Position numbers and translations under genes: made by a program. The notes beneath the pieces were generated by a model. The model saw only the letters and a program-made list of their open reading frames with translations, ran no database searches and was not told the DNA's origin. Of a stretch of DNA of 64,000 nucleotides, positions 28,418 through 38,800 are shown one piece after another (position 1 is the stretch's first letter; each line of letters begins with the position of its first letter). This DNA comes from Bacteroidales bacterium (GTDB lineage Bacteria > Bacteroidota > Bacteroidia > Bacteroidales > UBA12077), in NCBI GenBank assembly GCA_018334675.1, contig JAGXLL010000007.1, positions 137 to 64,136 of the forward strand. The letters are read 5' to 3'.

Positions 28418-29350
28418 ATGGAGCCTTTTCACTGGAAGAACCTGTTTTGCTTTTCCAAAAGGGAAAGAAGAGGAGTATATACCCTGCTCCTTCTACTCCT
28501 TCTGCTGCTGCTTTTCAGGGGATATATTGCCGATCTTATTCCTTCGGCCGAACCGGTAGCCGACTCGCTTTTTGCCTGGCAGGTGGAGCAATGGCTTAGT
28601 GAATCCCAACCTAATGGCCCAGCCCCCTCCCAGGGGGAACGGGCTACAGGTCCCCTTCCCGCAAACAGACAAGAGATCGAATCGTTCCGGTTCGACCCCA
28701 ACCAAGCCTCTCGTCAGGAATTGGAAAGACTGGGCCTGAATACAAGGGTGGTGACCAACCTTTTGAGATACCGGGAGAAGGGGGGCAGGTTTGATGCCCC
28801 GCAGGACCTTCTGAAGATTTATGGGATGGATTCCTCTACCTTTCTGTGCCTAAAGGATTGTGTTTGGATAGCAGGAATGAACCGGCCAGCAGGCAAATCT
28901 TCGACTGAACCCCCTGATGCGGTTCATCGGGAGGCAAGCCATGCCCTGAATATTGATCTTAACATTGCCGATACCTTCCAGCTGATGCAGCTTCCCGGTA
29001 TCGGTGAGGTATATGCCCGGCGGATATGTAAATACAGGGATCTGCTGGGCGGATATGCACATGCCGGACAGCTTCATGAGGTTTACGGACTGGCCCCGTC
29101 TGTTGTGGATACCATTGAAAAGCACCTCATCATCGACACCCTCCATATCCGGCCTATCGCCATCAATCGGGCCACTTTTCGCGAACTCATCCGTCATCCC
29201 TATCTCGGGGAATACCAAACAAAAGCCATCCTCGATTATCGCGATTACCGCAAAGGTGAGGTGGTACATATTAATGAACTGTTGTTGCATAATATTTTGG
29301 ATCAAAAAACGTATCAAAAAATAGAGCCCTATTTGGTGGCGGACCCTTAA
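28418..29350 (+). CDS. Membrane-anchored helix-hairpin-helix (ComEA-like) protein
   Basis: 310 aa. N-terminal poly-Leu TM helix. Three HhH-like units (..ASRQELERLGLNTRVVTNLLRYRE.., ..FQLMQLPGIGEVYARRICKYR.., ..FRELIRHPYLGEYQTKAILDYR..). Confidence 0.7.
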   Translation: MEPFHWKNLFCFSKRERRGVYTLLLLLLLLLLFRGYIADLIPSAEPVADSLFAWQVEQWLSESQPNGPAPSQGERATGPLPANRQEIESFRFDPNQASRQELERLGLNTRVVTNLLRYREKGGRFDAPQDLLKIYGMDSSTFLCLKDCVWIAGMNRPAGKSSTEPPDAVHREASHALNIDLNIADTFQLMQLPGIGEVYARRICKYRDLLGGYAHAGQLHEVYGLAPSVVDTIEKHLIIDTLHIRPIAINRATFRELIRHPYLGEYQTKAILDYRDYRKGEVVHINELLLHNILDQKTYQKIEPYLVADP

Positions 29351-29467
29351 GGTGTGTTATGGCAAAGGGGTGAGCCGTTGTAAGAAAAGCAAGAGCAACC
29401 GGTTAATGCATTGAATAATTTTTTTTGTATCTTGTAATAAAAAAGAATAATTTTTTCCATATATCGT

Positions 29468-29499
29468 TTTGACAATGTGGAATTAATTGATTAGATTTG
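29468..29499 (+). promoter_or_regulatory. Consensus Bacteroidota promoter of rpsU
   Basis: -33 TTTG (29468-29471), 20-nt spacer, -7 TAGATTTG (29492-29499). Both elements and the spacing match the TTTG / TAnnTTTG consensus. Confidence 0.55.
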
Positions 29500-29513
29500 C
29501 CGCTCAATAAAAA

Positions 29514-29520
29514 AAGGAGG
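29514..29520 (+). promoter_or_regulatory. Perfect Shine-Dalgarno AAGGAGG for rpsU
   Basis: AAGGAGG lies 6 nt before the ATG at 29527. Confidence 0.8.
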
Positions 29521-29526
29521 TCCCAT

Positions 29527-29718
29527 ATGATCATAGTACAAATCAAAGATGGCGAAAACATTGAAAGAGCGCTGAAGAAGTTCAAGAGAAAGTTTGAAAA
29601 AACAGGAGTAATCAAAGAGTTAAGAGAGCGTCAGGCCTACACCAAGCCTTCCATGGAAAGAAGGGAAGAGAAGAAGCGTGCCATATACAAACAGAAGCTC
29701 AGAGAGAAGAGCGAATAG
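29527..29718 (+). CDS. rpsU: 30S ribosomal protein bS21
   Basis: 63 aa: MIIVQIKDGENIERALKKFKRKFEKTGVIKELRERQAYTKPS..R. The start is trimmed from the 29497 ORF, guided by the SD and the family N-terminus. Confidence 0.92.
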   Translation: MIIVQIKDGENIERALKKFKRKFEKTGVIKELRERQAYTKPSMERREEKKRAIYKQKLREKSE

Positions 29719-29753
29719 TGCCGTTTTTTATCCCAGTTAAGCCTTAGTCAGCT

Positions 29754-30638
29754 ATGTACAGGGAGGGCTTTTTAAAATATCTCCAATACGAAAAACGTTA
29801 TTCGGACCATACAATCAGGGCCTATCGGAATGACCTGAAACAATTTTTTTCCTATCTGGAAGAGAACCATAGCAGCCGGGATGTGCAGAGTATCACAGAA
29901 GACAAAGTCAGGGCATGGATTGTAAATTGTCTGCACAATAACATTTCCGAACGGACGATAAACCGCAAAATCTCCACCTTAAAAACCTACTTCAAGTATC
30001 TGATGCGCATGGGGTATATTCACTATGATCCTATGGTAAAGGTTTATACTCCTAAAGTAGGGCGTAGGATTCCTTATTTTGTGGATGAAAGCCACATGAA
30101 CCTGTTGACCGACCACCGGCTATTCGACAAGGATTTTTACGGGTTCCGGGATCAAGTGATCGTGGAGATGCTTTACCAAACCGGTATGCGTTTATCGGAG
30201 CTGATCCGCATAGAGGATCGCGATATACATTTTGGTAGTCAGCAGATCCGGATCATTGGCAAGCGGAACAAGGAGCGCATCATACCTCTTACCGCCCCGT
30301 TGGTGGAGATGATCCGTCAATACATGGCCCGGCGCGATGAGAAGTTTCTTCGGCGCGCCCCGGGTTTTCTTCTGGTCACCAACAAGGGAAAGAAGCTCTA
30401 CGAGAAATTCGTTTACCGCACCGTAAAAAAGTACCTCTCCTTTGTCACCACCCTGGAGAAGCGCAGCCCTCACGTGTTGAGACACACCTTTGCCACACAT
30501 ATGCTGAACCATGGAGCCGATTTGAATGCCATTAAGGAAATTCTGGGCCATGCCAACCTATCGGCTACCCAAATCTATACCCACAGCACTTTTGAGAAAC
30601 TCAGAGCCATTTATAAGCAAGCACATCCTAGAACTTAA
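29754..30638 (+). CDS. xerC: Tyrosine recombinase XerC/XerD-like
   Basis: 294 aa. SAM-like N-terminal domain (YLQYEKRYSDHTIRAYRNDL). Catalytic region ..GMRLSEL.., HVLRHTFATHML, LGHANLSATQIYTH. Sits in the conserved rpsU-xerC-hpf context. Confidence 0.8.
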   Translation: MYREGFLKYLQYEKRYSDHTIRAYRNDLKQFFSYLEENHSSRDVQSITEDKVRAWIVNCLHNNISERTINRKISTLKTYFKYLMRMGYIHYDPMVKVYTPKVGRRIPYFVDESHMNLLTDHRLFDKDFYGFRDQVIVEMLYQTGMRLSELIRIEDRDIHFGSQQIRIIGKRNKERIIPLTAPLVEMIRQYMARRDEKFLRRAPGFLLVTNKGKKLYEKFVYRTVKKYLSFVTTLEKRSPHVLRHTFATHMLNHGADLNAIKEILGHANLSATQIYTHSTFEKLRAIYKQAHPRT

Positions 30639-30639
30639 A

Positions 30640-30646
30640 AAGGAGG
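30640..30646 (+). promoter_or_regulatory. Perfect Shine-Dalgarno AAGGAGG for hpf
   Basis: AAGGAGG lies 7 nt before the ATG at 30654. Confidence 0.75.
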
Positions 30647-30653
30647 TTTTTTT

Positions 30654-30953
30654 ATGGACGTAAAGATTCATTCCGTACATTTTGATGCCGATAAGAAGCT
30701 CATTGAATTCGTCGAGAATAAGGTCAACAAACTCGACCAGTTCTATGACAACATCATCGGTGCAGAAGTTTTTCTGCGGGTCGAAAAGGAGCAGAGCCCC
30801 GACAACAAACTCACTGAGATCAAGTTGCAGATACCCGGCAGCGACCTTTTTGCCAAGAAGCAAACCGATACATTCGAGGAAAGCACTGACTTGGCGGTAA
30901 ATGCACTGCGAAAACAACTCACCAAAAGAAAGGCCAAGCAAAGGGGCGCATAA
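30654..30953 (+). CDS. hpf: Ribosome hibernation promoting factor (short HPF/RaiA type)
   Basis: 99 aa: MDVKIHSVHFDADKKLIEFVENKVNKLDQFYDNIIGAEVFL..DL..AVNALRKQL. Typical sigma-54-modulation/S30EA fold pattern. Confidence 0.88.
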   Translation: MDVKIHSVHFDADKKLIEFVENKVNKLDQFYDNIIGAEVFLRVEKEQSPDNKLTEIKLQIPGSDLFAKKQTDTFEESTDLAVNALRKQLTKRKAKQRGA

Positions 30954-30977
30954 AATTGAAAAAATTGGAATATAAAT

Positions 30978-31009
30978 TTTGTAAGATAAATAAAATATAT
31001 ATACCTTTG
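30978..31009 (+). promoter_or_regulatory. Consensus Bacteroidota promoter of the tRNA-tuf operon
   Basis: -33 TTTG (30978-30981), 20-nt spacer, -7 TACCTTTG (31002-31009). About 55 nt upstream of the first tRNA. Confidence 0.55.
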
Positions 31010-31064
31010 CAAACCGATTTTCTGATTTAAGCGCGTTCTTTACAGTGTTGTTATGAGGATTTTC

Positions 31065-31139
31065 GCCGATGTAGCTCAGCTGGTCTAGAGCAGCTGATTT
31101 GTAATCAGCAGGCCGTGGGTTCGAATCCCTCCATCGGCT
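31065..31139 (+). tRNA. tRNA-Thr (anticodon TGT)
   Basis: Cloverleaf folded by hand: acceptor GCCGATG/CATCGGC, D arm GCTC/GAGC, anticodon arm GCTGA-TTTGTAA-TCAGC, T loop TTCGAAT. One U-U mismatch in the T stem. CCA not encoded. Confidence 0.9.
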
Positions 31140-31147
31140 CCTGTTTT

Positions 31148-31230
31148 GGGGAGGTACCAAAGTGGCCAACTGGGGCAGACTGTAAATCTGCTGGCGTATG
31201 CCTTCGTAGGTTCGAATCCTGCCCTCCCCA
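31148..31230 (+). tRNA. tRNA-Tyr (anticodon GTA), long variable arm
   Basis: Acceptor GGGGAGG/CCTCCCC, 3-bp D stem, anticodon arm GCAGA-CTGTAAA-TCTGC, long variable arm, T loop TTCGAAT, discriminator A. Confidence 0.9.
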
Positions 31231-31241
31231 CAGGCCTTTTT

Positions 31242-31314
31242 GCGGGAGTAGCTCAGTTGGTAGAGCATCAGCCTTCCAAGCTGAGGGTCGCGGATTCGAG
31301 TTCCGTCTCCCGCT
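31242..31314 (+). tRNA. tRNA-Gly (anticodon TCC)
   Basis: Acceptor GCGGGAG/CTCCCGC, anticodon arm TCAGC-CTTCCAA-GCTGA, T loop TTCGAGT. Confidence 0.9.
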
Positions 31315-31322
31315 CTCTTTTT

Positions 31323-31394
31323 GCCGATGTAGCTCAGGGGTAGAGCGCTTCCTTGGTAAGGAAGAGGTCACGGGTTCAAATCCCGTCATTGGCT
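31323..31394 (+). tRNA. tRNA-Thr (anticodon GGT)
   Basis: Acceptor GCCGATG/CATTGGC (one G-U), anticodon arm CTTCC-TTGGTAA-GGAAG, T arm ACGGG-TTCAAAT-CCCGT. Confidence 0.9.
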
Positions 31395-31470
31395 CGAGCG
31401 TTTTGTTTATTGTATATTAACCGATATAAGTTCAAGAATAACCAAACCGTAAATTTTAATATCTGAAGTT

Positions 31471-32658
<1,188 letters not shown>

Positions 32659-32668
32659 TAATTTCAGG

Positions 32669-32696
32669 GGATGTTACGTTACGATAACGAACATCC
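32669..32696 (+). other. Hairpin between tuf and tRNA-Trp (processing site or weak terminator)
   Basis: GGATGTTACGTTA-cga-TAACGAACATCC, about 12 bp with one bulge. No U tract follows. Confidence 0.4.
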
Positions 32697-32705
32697 TTCA
32701 TATAC

Positions 32706-32778
32706 ACGGGTGTAGCTCAGTTGGTAGAGCAGCGGTCTCCAAAACCGCAGGTCGTGAGTTCGAGCCTTACCACCCGTG
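32706..32778 (+). tRNA. tRNA-Trp (anticodon CCA)
   Basis: Acceptor ACGGGTG/CACCCGT (A1-U72 as in bacterial tRNA-Trp), anticodon arm GCGGT-CTCCAAA-ACCGC, T loop TTCGAGC, discriminator G. Confidence 0.9.
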
Positions 32779-32795
32779 CTAAATCTTTTTACAGG

Positions 32796-32987
32796 ATGAA
32801 GATTAAATCTTATTTGAAAGACTCATACAACGAATTGGTACATAAAGTATCATGGCCAACATGGAGTGAGCTGCAGCGCAGTGCTGTAATTGTTATGGTT
32901 GCTTCCTTAATTATCGCGGTGATTGTATTCATGATGGATATTTCTTTCAGAAATTTGATGGATTTCATCTATAGTATGTTTTATTAA
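32796..32987 (+). CDS. secE: Preprotein translocase subunit SecE
   Basis: 63 aa: MKIKSYLKDSYNELVHKVSWPTWSEL... plus a single TM helix. The longer 32721 ORF overlaps tRNA-Trp, so the start was trimmed. Confidence 0.88.
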   Translation: MKIKSYLKDSYNELVHKVSWPTWSELQRSAVIVMVASLIIAVIVFMMDISFRNLMDFIYSMFY

Positions 32988-33005
32988 TGAATAAGGTGTG
33001 CTGAA

Positions 33006-33551
33006 ATGGCTGAAAATGACAAGAGATGGTATGTGCTCCGGGCAATTGGCGGGAAGGAAAAACAGGTGAAGGAGTACATTGAAAACGAGATCACGAAGGG
33101 GAAGATCAGTGAATTTGTCAATCAGGTGCTTATACCGACCGAAAAAGTATATCAAGTACGTAACGGCAAGAAAATCAGTAAAGAACGCAATTTTTTCCCC
33201 GGTTATGTTTTGGTCGAAGCCAATCTGACCCCCGACACTCAGCATTACCTGGAAAATCTCCCCAACGTCATTGGGTTCCTTAAAACCGAAGGCAATAAAC
33301 CTTCACCCCTTCGTAAAAGCGAGGTCAACCGCATCCTCGGAAGGGTTGATGAACTGGCCGAAGGCGATGAGGAACTGAATGTACCCTTTTATGTGGGAGA
33401 AACCGTCAAGGTGATTGATGGCCCCTTCAACAACTTCAACGGTGTCATTGAAGAAGTCAATGAGGAAAAGAAGAAGTTGAAAGTCATGGTCAAGATTTTT
33501 GGAAGGAAGACACCACTCGAATTAAGTTTTATGCAAGTAGAAAAAGAATAA
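33006..33551 (+). CDS. nusG: Transcription termination/antitermination factor NusG
   Basis: 181 aa. KRWYVLRAIGGKEKQV (NGN domain). KOW motif GETVKVIDGPFNNFNGVIEEV. Confidence 0.95.
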   Translation: MAENDKRWYVLRAIGGKEKQVKEYIENEITKGKISEFVNQVLIPTEKVYQVRNGKKISKERNFFPGYVLVEANLTPDTQHYLENLPNVIGFLKTEGNKPSPLRKSEVNRILGRVDELAEGDEELNVPFYVGETVKVIDGPFNNFNGVIEEVNEEKKKLKVMVKIFGRKTPLELSFMQVEKE

Positions 33552-33571
33552 TTTTTTAAGTTTTTAATGCT

Positions 33572-34015
33572 ATGGCAAAAAAAGTTGAAGGTGTAATAAA
33601 ACTACAAATACGGGGTGGTCAGGCAAACCCTTCTCCACCGGTGGGCCCGGCTTTGGGTGCCAAAGGTGTCAACATCATGGAATTTTGCAAGAAATTCAAT
33701 GCCAAGACCCAGGATAAAACGGGGAAGGTTGTACCGGTAATCATCACCGTTTTTTCTGACAAATCCTTTGATTTTGTTACCAAAACACCCCCTGCACCGG
33801 TTCAATTGCTGGAAGCTGCCAAATTAAAAGGTGGCTCATCCGAACCCAACCGGGAGAAGGTTGGAGCAGTCAGCTGGGATCAGGTCAAGGCAATTGCAGA
33901 AGACAAGATGGAAGATCTCAATGCCTTTACTATTGAATCGGCCATGAAGATGGTAGCAGGAACGGCCAGAAGCATGGGAATCACCGTGAAGGGTAAATTT
34001 CCTGGTAACAATTAA
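33572..34015 (+). CDS. rplK: 50S ribosomal protein uL11
   Basis: 147 aa: [33 protein letters not shown]. Confidence 0.97.
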   Translation: MAKKVEGVIKLQIRGGQANPSPPVGPALGAKGVNIMEFCKKFNAKTQDKTGKVVPVIITVFSDKSFDFVTKTPPAPVQLLEAAKLKGGSSEPNREKVGAVSWDQVKAIAEDKMEDLNAFTIESAMKMVAGTARSMGITVKGKFPGNN

Positions 34016-34029
34016 AACGGAGCAACACA

Positions 34030-34731
34030 ATGGCTAAATTAACCAAGAATAGAAAGAGTGTTTTAGAGCAATTCGATAAAACGCAGTTATATAAACTGGA
34101 AGAAGCAGCTCAACTGGTCAAGGATATTACCACTGCCAATTTTGATGCTTCGGTCGATCTGGATGTGCGCCTGGGCGTAGATCCAAGAAAACCCAACCAG
34201 ATGGTGCGCGGTGTGGTTACCTTGCCCCATGGTACGGGTAAGGTGATCCGGGTCTTGGCCCTCTGCACTGCCGACAAGGAAGAAGAGGCCAAAGCTGCAG
34301 GCGCCGACTATGTGGGTCTGGATGAATACATCAACAAGATTAAAGAGGGATGGCTCGACTTTGATGTGGTGATCACCCAGCCTTCGGTTATGCCGAAAGT
34401 AGGCCCCCTTGGTAAAGTGCTGGGCCCCCGCGGTCTGATGCCCAATCCCAAAAGTGGTACCGTAACCGACAACATCGGTCAGGCCATCGAAGAGATCAAA
34501 AAAGGGAAAATCGATTTTAAAGTCGATAAAACCGGGATCGTTCATACTTCGATTGGTAAAATATCGTTCGATGCCAAGCAGATTGCTGAGAATGCCAGGG
34601 AGTTTTTGAATACCATCCGGAAACTCAAGCCCACGGCTGCCAAAGGCACGTATATCAAGAGTATTACACTGTCCAGTACGATGAGCCCCGGGATCAAGAT
34701 TGACCCCAGCGACCTCAGAAAGACTGCTTAA
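34030..34731 (+). CDS. rplA: 50S ribosomal protein uL1
   Basis: 233 aa: [42 protein letters not shown]. Confidence 0.97.
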   Translation: MAKLTKNRKSVLEQFDKTQLYKLEEAAQLVKDITTANFDASVDLDVRLGVDPRKPNQMVRGVVTLPHGTGKVIRVLALCTADKEEEAKAAGADYVGLDEYINKIKEGWLDFDVVITQPSVMPKVGPLGKVLGPRGLMPNPKSGTVTDNIGQAIEEIKKGKIDFKVDKTGIVHTSIGKISFDAKQIAENAREFLNTIRKLKPTAAKGTYIKSITLSSTMSPGIKIDPSDLRKTA

Positions 34732-34764
34732 TGCCAATACCTAACAAAAGAACTTGACAGCTCT

Positions 34765-35289
34765 ATGAAAAGAAGAGAGGAAAAAGAAGAAATTGTCAAC
34801 CATCTGATTGAAGATATAAAGAACACTTCCCATTTTTACCTGGCCGACATTTCCGGGTTGAATGCAGAGGAGACTACCGAGCTTCGCAGGAAGTGCTTCG
34901 AGAACGATCTGAGGTTGACGGTCGTTAAAAATACCCTGCTGAAAAGAGCCCTGGACGCGGTTGAGTTTTCGGCAGAGGAACTGGAACAGGCACTGGAGGG
35001 TCCCACTTCCCTTATCCTTACAGAAAAGGGCAATGCCCCTGCCAAGCTCATCAAAGAGTTCCGCAAGAAAAAAGACAAACCCCTTCTGAAGGGCGCCTAT
35101 GTGGAAGAATCGCTCTATATCGGCGACGATAAGCTGGAGGATCTCTCGAAGATCAAGTCCAAAGAGGAACTGCTGGGCGACCTGATCCTACAATTGCAAT
35201 CACCTATGAACGACGTGATATCTTCACTGAAATCCGGAAACGACATCCTAGCTGGAGTAGTGAAAACATTATCCGAAAAGGAAGAGTAA
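34765..35289 (+). CDS. rplJ: 50S ribosomal protein uL10
   Basis: 174 aa. Position between rplA and rplL. ..LRRKC.EN.LRLTVVKNTLLKRAL.. Confidence 0.93.
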   Translation: MKRREEKEEIVNHLIEDIKNTSHFYLADISGLNAEETTELRRKCFENDLRLTVVKNTLLKRALDAVEFSAEELEQALEGPTSLILTEKGNAPAKLIKEFRKKKDKPLLKGAYVEESLYIGDDKLEDLSKIKSKEELLGDLILQLQSPMNDVISSLKSGNDILAGVVKTLSEKEE

Positions 35290-35322
35290 AACAATTTAAA
35301 ATTCATTAAAAATTAAGAAAAA

Positions 35323-35700
35323 ATGGCAGATTTAAAAGCGCTTGCAGAAGAATTAGTTAACTTGAGTGTCAAAGATGTTAACGAATTAGCAGACATATTG
35401 AAAGACGAATATGGAATTGAACCGGCCTCTGCTCCTGTTGTAGCTGCAGGACCTGCCGAGGGTGCAGAAGGAGGCGGTGCTGAAGAGCAAACCGAATTCG
35501 ATGTCATATTAAACTCCGCTGGCAGTGCCAAACTGCAAATTGTTAAACTGGTCAAGGAACTGACTGGACTGGGACTCAAAGAAGCCAAAGAGCTGGTAGA
35601 CTCCCTGCCCAAGCCGGTGAAAGAACAAATGCCTAAGGAAGAAGCTGATCAATTGAAAGCCAAACTTGAGGACGCCGGCGCTGAAGTTGAACTTAAGTAG
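35323..35700 (+). CDS. rplL: 50S ribosomal protein bL12 (L7/L12)
   Basis: 125 aa. N-terminal dimerisation helix, Ala/Gly/Glu hinge, C-terminal [24 protein letters not shown]...[11 protein letters not shown]. Confidence 0.97.
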   Translation: MADLKALAEELVNLSVKDVNELADILKDEYGIEPASAPVVAAGPAEGAEGGGAEEQTEFDVILNSAGSAKLQIVKLVKELTGLGLKEAKELVDSLPKPVKEQMPKEEADQLKAKLEDAGAEVELK

Positions 35701-35731
35701 AATTCGGAGAGGCTCATATTATAGAGGTTTT

Positions 35732-35767
35732 GAATCCTAAGACCAACTAGGATTCTTAACCTTTTTT
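35732..35767 (+). terminator. Hairpin plus T-run between rplL and rpoB (possible partial terminator/attenuator)
   Basis: GAATCCTA-agaccaac-TAGGATTC (8 bp, perfect) followed by TTAACCTTTTTT. Confidence 0.4.
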
Positions 35768-35830
35768 CCCTATTTATGGGGGTTACCAATTTTCTTATTG
35801 TAGTGGTTAGTTATTAATTCTTGGAATACA

Positions 35831-38800
35831 ATGACATTACAAACATCCAATCAACGAATCAGTTTCGCATCTACCAAGAATCAATTGCCCTATCCTGATT
35901 TCTTAGAAATTCAACTCCAATCATTTCAGAACTTTTTTCAGTTAAATACCACACCGGAGGAACGTAAGCAGGAAGGACTGTATCAGGTGTTCCAGGAGAA
36001 CTTCCCGATCACCGATACCCGCAACAATTTTGTCCTTGAATTTCTTGATTACACGGTTGATCCCCCGCGATATAACATCCAGGAGTGTCTGGAACGGGGG
36101 CTTACCTATAGTGTACCTTTGAAGGCCAAATTGAAGCTTTACTGCACCGATCCCGAACACGAAGATTTTGACACGGTCATCCAGGATGTGTATTTCGGGA
36201 CAGTTCCTTATATGACTGAAAAAGGCTCTTTTGTGATCAACGGAGCTGAAAGGGTAGTTGTTTCGCAGCTGCACCGATCGCCGGGCGTGTTCTTCGGACA
36301 GAGCGTTCATGCCAACGGCACCAAATTGTATTCGGCCCGCATCATTCCCTTCCGTGGTTCATGGATCGAATTTGCCACGGACGTGAATAATGTGATGTAT
36401 GCCTACATCGACCGGAAGAAAAAGCTGCCTGTAACAACTTTGCTCAGGGCTATTGGTTATGAGAGCGATAAGAACATTCTGGAAATTTTCAACCTCGCCG
36501 ATGAGGTGAAAGTGTCCAAACCCAACCTCGAGAAAGTGGTGGGCCGTAAGCTGGCCGCCCGTGTGTTGCGCAGTTGGGTAGAGGATTTTGTAGATGAGGA
36601 CACCGGTGAAGTGGTCTCTATCGAACGAAATGAAGTGGTGATTGAGCGGGATACTGTGATAGAAGAGAAACATCTGGATCAGATCATCGACTCGGGAACC
36701 AATACCATCCTGCTCCACCGCGAAGATCAAACCCAATCCGATTACGCCATCATCTATAATACCCTTCAGAAGGACCCCTGTAACTCCGAGAAAGAAGCGG
36801 TACTACAGATATATCGCCAGCTCAGGAATGCTGAGCCCCCGGATGAGGCTACCGCCCGCGATGTCATCGACAAGCTTTTCTTCTCCGATCAACGTTATGA
36901 TCTGGGAGAAGTTGGACGCTACCGCCTCAACCGGAAGCTCAACCTCGATACGTCTATCGATACCAAAATACTGACCAACGACGACATTATTGAGATCATC
37001 AAGTATCTGATCGAACTGATCAATTCCAAGACCAACGTGGATGACATCGATCATCTGAGCAACCGTCGCGTACGGACAGTGGGCGAGCAGCTGTCCAATC
37101 AGTTTGGCGTGGGTCTTGCCCGGATGGCCCGAACCATCCGGGAGCGTATGAATGTACGTGACAATGAGGTGTTTACCCCCATTGACCTGATCAATTCCAA
37201 GACCCTCTCCTCGGTCATCAATTCTTTCTTCGGTACCAACCAGCTGTCGCAATTCATGGATCAGACCAATCCCCTGGCCGAGATGACCCACAAACGGCGC
37301 ATGTCGGCATTGGGCCCTGGCGGACTCTCCAGGGAAAGAGCCGGTTTTGAGGTGCGCGACGTGCATTATACGCACTATGGCCGGTTGTGCCCCATCGAAA
37401 CACCGGAGGGACCCAACATCGGACTGATTAGCTCGATGTGTGTATATGCCAAGATCAACAACCTGGGTTTCATTGAAACCCCTTACCGGAAAGTAGAGTC
37501 GGGTAAGGTGAATCTGACCCGAAATGGGTCCATATACCTGAGTGCCGAAGAGGAAGAAGCCAAGATGATCGCACAGGCCAACGCTTCTATCAACGATGAA
37601 GGGGGTTTCCAGACCGAAAGAGTTAAGGCTCGCCACGACGGCGACTTCCCTTATGCCGAGTCGAGCACCGTCGACCTGATGGACGTGGCACCTAACCAGA
37701 TCGCATCCATCGCTGCTTCCCTCATCCCGTTCCTGGAACACAACGACGCCAACCGGGCCCTGATGGGATCCAACATGATGCGCCAGGCTGTGCCCTTGCT
37801 CAAGCCCGATTCCCCCATCGTGGGAACCGGCCTGGAAAAATCAGTGGCGCACGACTCCCGCCTGCAGATCGTGGCTGAAGGCGACGGAACCATCGAATAT
37901 GTCGACGCACGTGAAATCGTGGTGCGTTACGAGCAAACCGAAGAGGAGAAGTTTGTCAGATTCCAGGGAGATGTCAAACGCTATCCGCTGATCAAATATC
38001 AAAAGACCAACCAGAATACCAGCGTAACCCTTCGTCCTATTGTCCGCAAAGGACAGCAGGTCAAGGAAGGGGAGATCCTCACCGAAGGCTACGGAACCCA
38101 GGATGGGGAGCTGGCCCTGGGTAAGAACCTGAAAGTGGCCTTTATGCCCTGGAAGGGTTACAATTTCGAGGATGCCATCGTGATATCCGAGAACGTGGTG
38201 AAAAATGATGTGTTCACCTCCATCCATATCGAAGAGTATGTGATGGAAGTGCGCGACACTAAGCGGGGTCTGGAAGAGTTGACCGCCGATATACCCAACG
38301 TCAGTGAAGAAGCCACCAAAGATCTGGATGAAAATGGCATCATCCGCATTGGTGCCCACATCAAACCGGGGGATATCATGATCGGTAAGATCACCCCAAA
38401 AGGGGAATCGGATCCTTCTCCTGAAGAAAAACTGCTTCGGGCCATCTTCGGTGATAAGGCCGGCGATGTGAAGGATGCTTCGTTGAAAGCTTCTCCATCG
38501 CTCAACGGTATTGTCATCGACAAGAAACTCTTTAATCGGGCCGTGAAGGATAAAAAATCCAAGGGTGCCGATAAGGAGAAACTGGAGAGCCTCGATCAGG
38601 AATACGGTCAGAAGGTCGATGAGCTGACCAACCGTCTGATCGACAAACTCACGGTTCTGGTCAATGGAAAAACTTCACAGGGTGTCAAGGACTACTATAA
38701 TGCCACCGTGGTACCCAAAGGCAAGAAGTTTACCCAGAAGCTGCTTCAGGACATCGATTTTACTACTGTGAGTCCCAAGAAATGGACCACTGACAAGAAC

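Noticed and set aside
28460-28525. Run of CTN codons (poly-Leu LLLLLLLLLL) in the ComEA-like gene as a DNA repeat.
   Set aside because: It encodes the single N-terminal transmembrane helix. The codons vary (CTG/CTC/CTT/CTA), so it is not a slippage-type microsatellite.
29754-30638. XerC-like tyrosine recombinase as a marker of an integrated mobile element or invertible promoter.
   Set aside because: The gene sits in the conserved Bacteroidota rpsU-xerC-hpf-tRNA-tuf context. I found no flanking direct or att-like repeats and no inverted repeats bracketing the rpsU promoter. No cargo genes are present. The adjacency to tRNA genes reflects the conserved operon order, not an integration site.
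30558-31420. ORFs 30558..31268(-), 31105..31389(-), 31115..31420(+) and 31146..31343(+), which span the tRNA cluster.
   Set aside because: They are read through four hand-folded tRNA genes and the hpf antisense strand. tRNA sequence commonly stays open in several frames.
32721-32795. N-terminal extension of the secE ORF (MVEQRSPKPQVVSSSLTTRAKSFYR).
   Set aside because: The extension overlaps tRNA-Trp (32706..32778). SecE homologues start at MKIK.., so the start was moved to 32796.
34732-34764. L10(L12)4 or L1 autoregulatory leader structures upstream of rplJ or rplK.
   Set aside because: The spacers are only 33 nt and 20 nt, too short for the known leader folds, and no convincing stem was seen.
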